From positions 28,091,428 to 28,155,427 of the forward strand of contig NC_069004.1 in assembly GCF_001194135.2 (NCBI RefSeq): a DNA stretch of 64,000 nucleotides, read 5' to 3'. Shown here piece by piece: positions 62,447-64,000 of the stretch (within the stretch, counting starts at the first letter, position 1; each line of letters begins with the position of its first letter). The translations under genes were made by a program, and so were the position numbers. The stretch comes from Octopus bimaculoides (lineage: Eukaryota). Under the pieces are notes generated by a model that was given only the letters and a program-made list of their open reading frames with translations, was not told the DNA's origin and did no database searches.

Positions 62447-62665
62447 AGAAGTGGGGCTGTAAAGTTCTTGGATATGGGTGGAAGGAAATACAGGAGGATC
62501 AGTTAACTATGATTTTATTCAACACATTCTCCTCTCAGATTCACACTTTTATTGCAGTGATCCTTCAGGTTTTCTAAGCCCTGTAAAAGAACTCGGAAGG
62601 TTGGGCTTCCAATCAGACCTTTGGTGATACCCTTAAAGACAGGAACTTTTCACACACCTCCTTCG
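62447..62665 (-). mobile_element. mariner-derived MITE, copy 2, with transposase C-terminal relic
   Basis: TA-flanked degenerate TIRs (agaagtggggctgtaaagttctt / aggaacttttcacacacctccttcg|ta). Minus strand 62612-62515 reads LEAQPSEFF/QGLENLKDHCNKSVNLRGECVE* with one frameshift, like the mariner tail FYxxGIxKLxxRWxKCIxxxGxYVE*. Confidence 0.8.
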
Positions 62666-62866
62666 TATTTTTGGTAGTCAGGTTTTCCAAACAGCATATT
62701 TGATAATTGGCAGGGGTGGTGGTGGTTAAAGGAGTAAAGCTCAGTTGCAGTACTCCTCTGACCTGTGCAAGCATGGAAAAGTAGAAGTTAAAATGACAAT
62801 GATGAGGCTGACTTTTTACTAAGTCTGAAAGTGCTCAACTGAAAAGCATGTGCTGTGATTACTTAA

Positions 62867-62889
<23 letters not shown>

Positions 62890-62908
<19 letters not shown>

Positions 62909-63065
62909 TCTAATTTTGGCCCAAGACTAACAATTTCAAGGGAGGTGGGTGGGGAGAGTAGTTGATTACATCGACCCCAGTACTTGACTGGTATTCTATT
63001 TTGTTAATCAAATATCCCAGTAGGATGAAAACAAAGTTGACCTTGGTGGGATTTGAACTCTGAAC
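62890..63065 (-). mobile_element. Degenerate family B SINE
   Basis: gattacatcgaccccagtacttgactggta..ggatgaaaacaaagttgaccttggtgggatttgaactc. Confidence 0.75.
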
Positions 63066-64000
63066 GTTAAATTACATATTAATTCTTCCATCCATTGCTT
63101 TGATAATAAAAATAGAAGTAGCAGTAACATTAGTTGTAGTAGCATGTTTATTTTTCTTATTATGGGTGCACTATTTCACTAATGTACTCTGAAATGAGTT
63201 TGTGTGAGAATATTGATATACATTAACAGGTCTCCACTTGTGACAAACAAATCACTAAAGAACGGCAGAGAGGGGGGGGGTGCTACAAATGAGTTAGGTC
63301 TGAAAGTAGGTGGTGGCTTAAAGAGAGACAGGAAGAAAGAAAGAATGAATGGATGGAGAAGAAAAAAAATATATATNNNNNNNNNNNNNNNNNNNNNNNN
63401 NNNNNNNNNNNNNNNNNNNNNNNNNNNNNNNNNNNNNNNNNNNNNNNNNNNNNNNNNNNNNNNNNNNNNNNNNNNNNNNNNNNNNNNNNNNNNNNNNNNN
63501 NNNNNNNNNNNNNNNNNNNNNNNNNNNNNNNNNNNNNNNNNNNNNNNNNNNNNNNNNNNNNNNNNNNNNNNNNNNNNNNNNNNNNNNNNNNNNNNNNNNN
63601 NNNNNNNNNNNNNNNNNNNNNNNNNNNNNNNNNNNNATTTTTTTTTTTTTTTTTTTCCTCAATGGAATTAAGCAGAGAAAAAAAAGTTATGTTCTTCTAA
63701 CATACACTCTCAGGTGAATCTAGACGATATACAGTTATATATCAAGTCACTATACTCCTTAATTTAAACCTCTAAATACTATTAGTTTTCATAATGTACC
63801 TTTGCTTGTCTAAAGGCGGTGCTCCAGCATGGCTACAGTCAAGTGACTGAAACACGTAAAAAGTACCTACCGTCATTAATGCTAAACTGCAACATTGCAA
63901 AACCTAAAATAGGAAAAAATACCAAAAGCTTACTCTGAAACTAAATGTATATATAGGTTATTATTATCATTATTATTATTATCATTATTATTATTATTAT

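Noticed and set aside
40328-63717. Long ORFs of 100-340 aa containing X runs
   Set aside because: They are open only because they cross N gaps.

Overview
AT-rich, microsatellite-dense animal genomic DNA from a gapped draft assembly with many N runs. The repeat content fits an octopus/coleoid cephalopod genome: several tRNA-derived SINE families, RTE-LINE 3' ends and abundant (TA)n/(CA)n/(ATT)n/(GAT)n. That assignment is an inference from remembered repeat families, not from a search. No complete protein-coding gene can be supported, and almost all ORFs in the supplied track come from microsatellites, SINEs or N gaps. Protein-level fossils that can be recognised are a Helitron helicase fragment (9.0-9.2 kb), an RTE LINE C-terminus (28 kb), a Penelope-like RT fragment (54.7-54.9 kb), mariner and hAT transposase tails inside MITEs, a probable CR1/L2-like tail (44.4 kb) and a double C2H2 zinc finger (42.4 kb). 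The less routine structures are three long near-perfect foldbacks (18.6, 51.9, 59.2 kb), a strictly phased 28-bp array (26.2 kb), a 26-bp array apparently amplified from a LINE-tail motif (29.6 kb), a textbook TATA+Inr core promoter pointing into a gap (52.8 kb, minus strand), a degenerate tRNA cloverleaf (61.8 kb) and a few low-confidence, phase-compatible candidate exons. There is no CRISPR, rRNA or prokaryotic system here. I found no clearly new biological system; the findings are leads. Coordinates were counted by hand and repeat boundaries are approximate.
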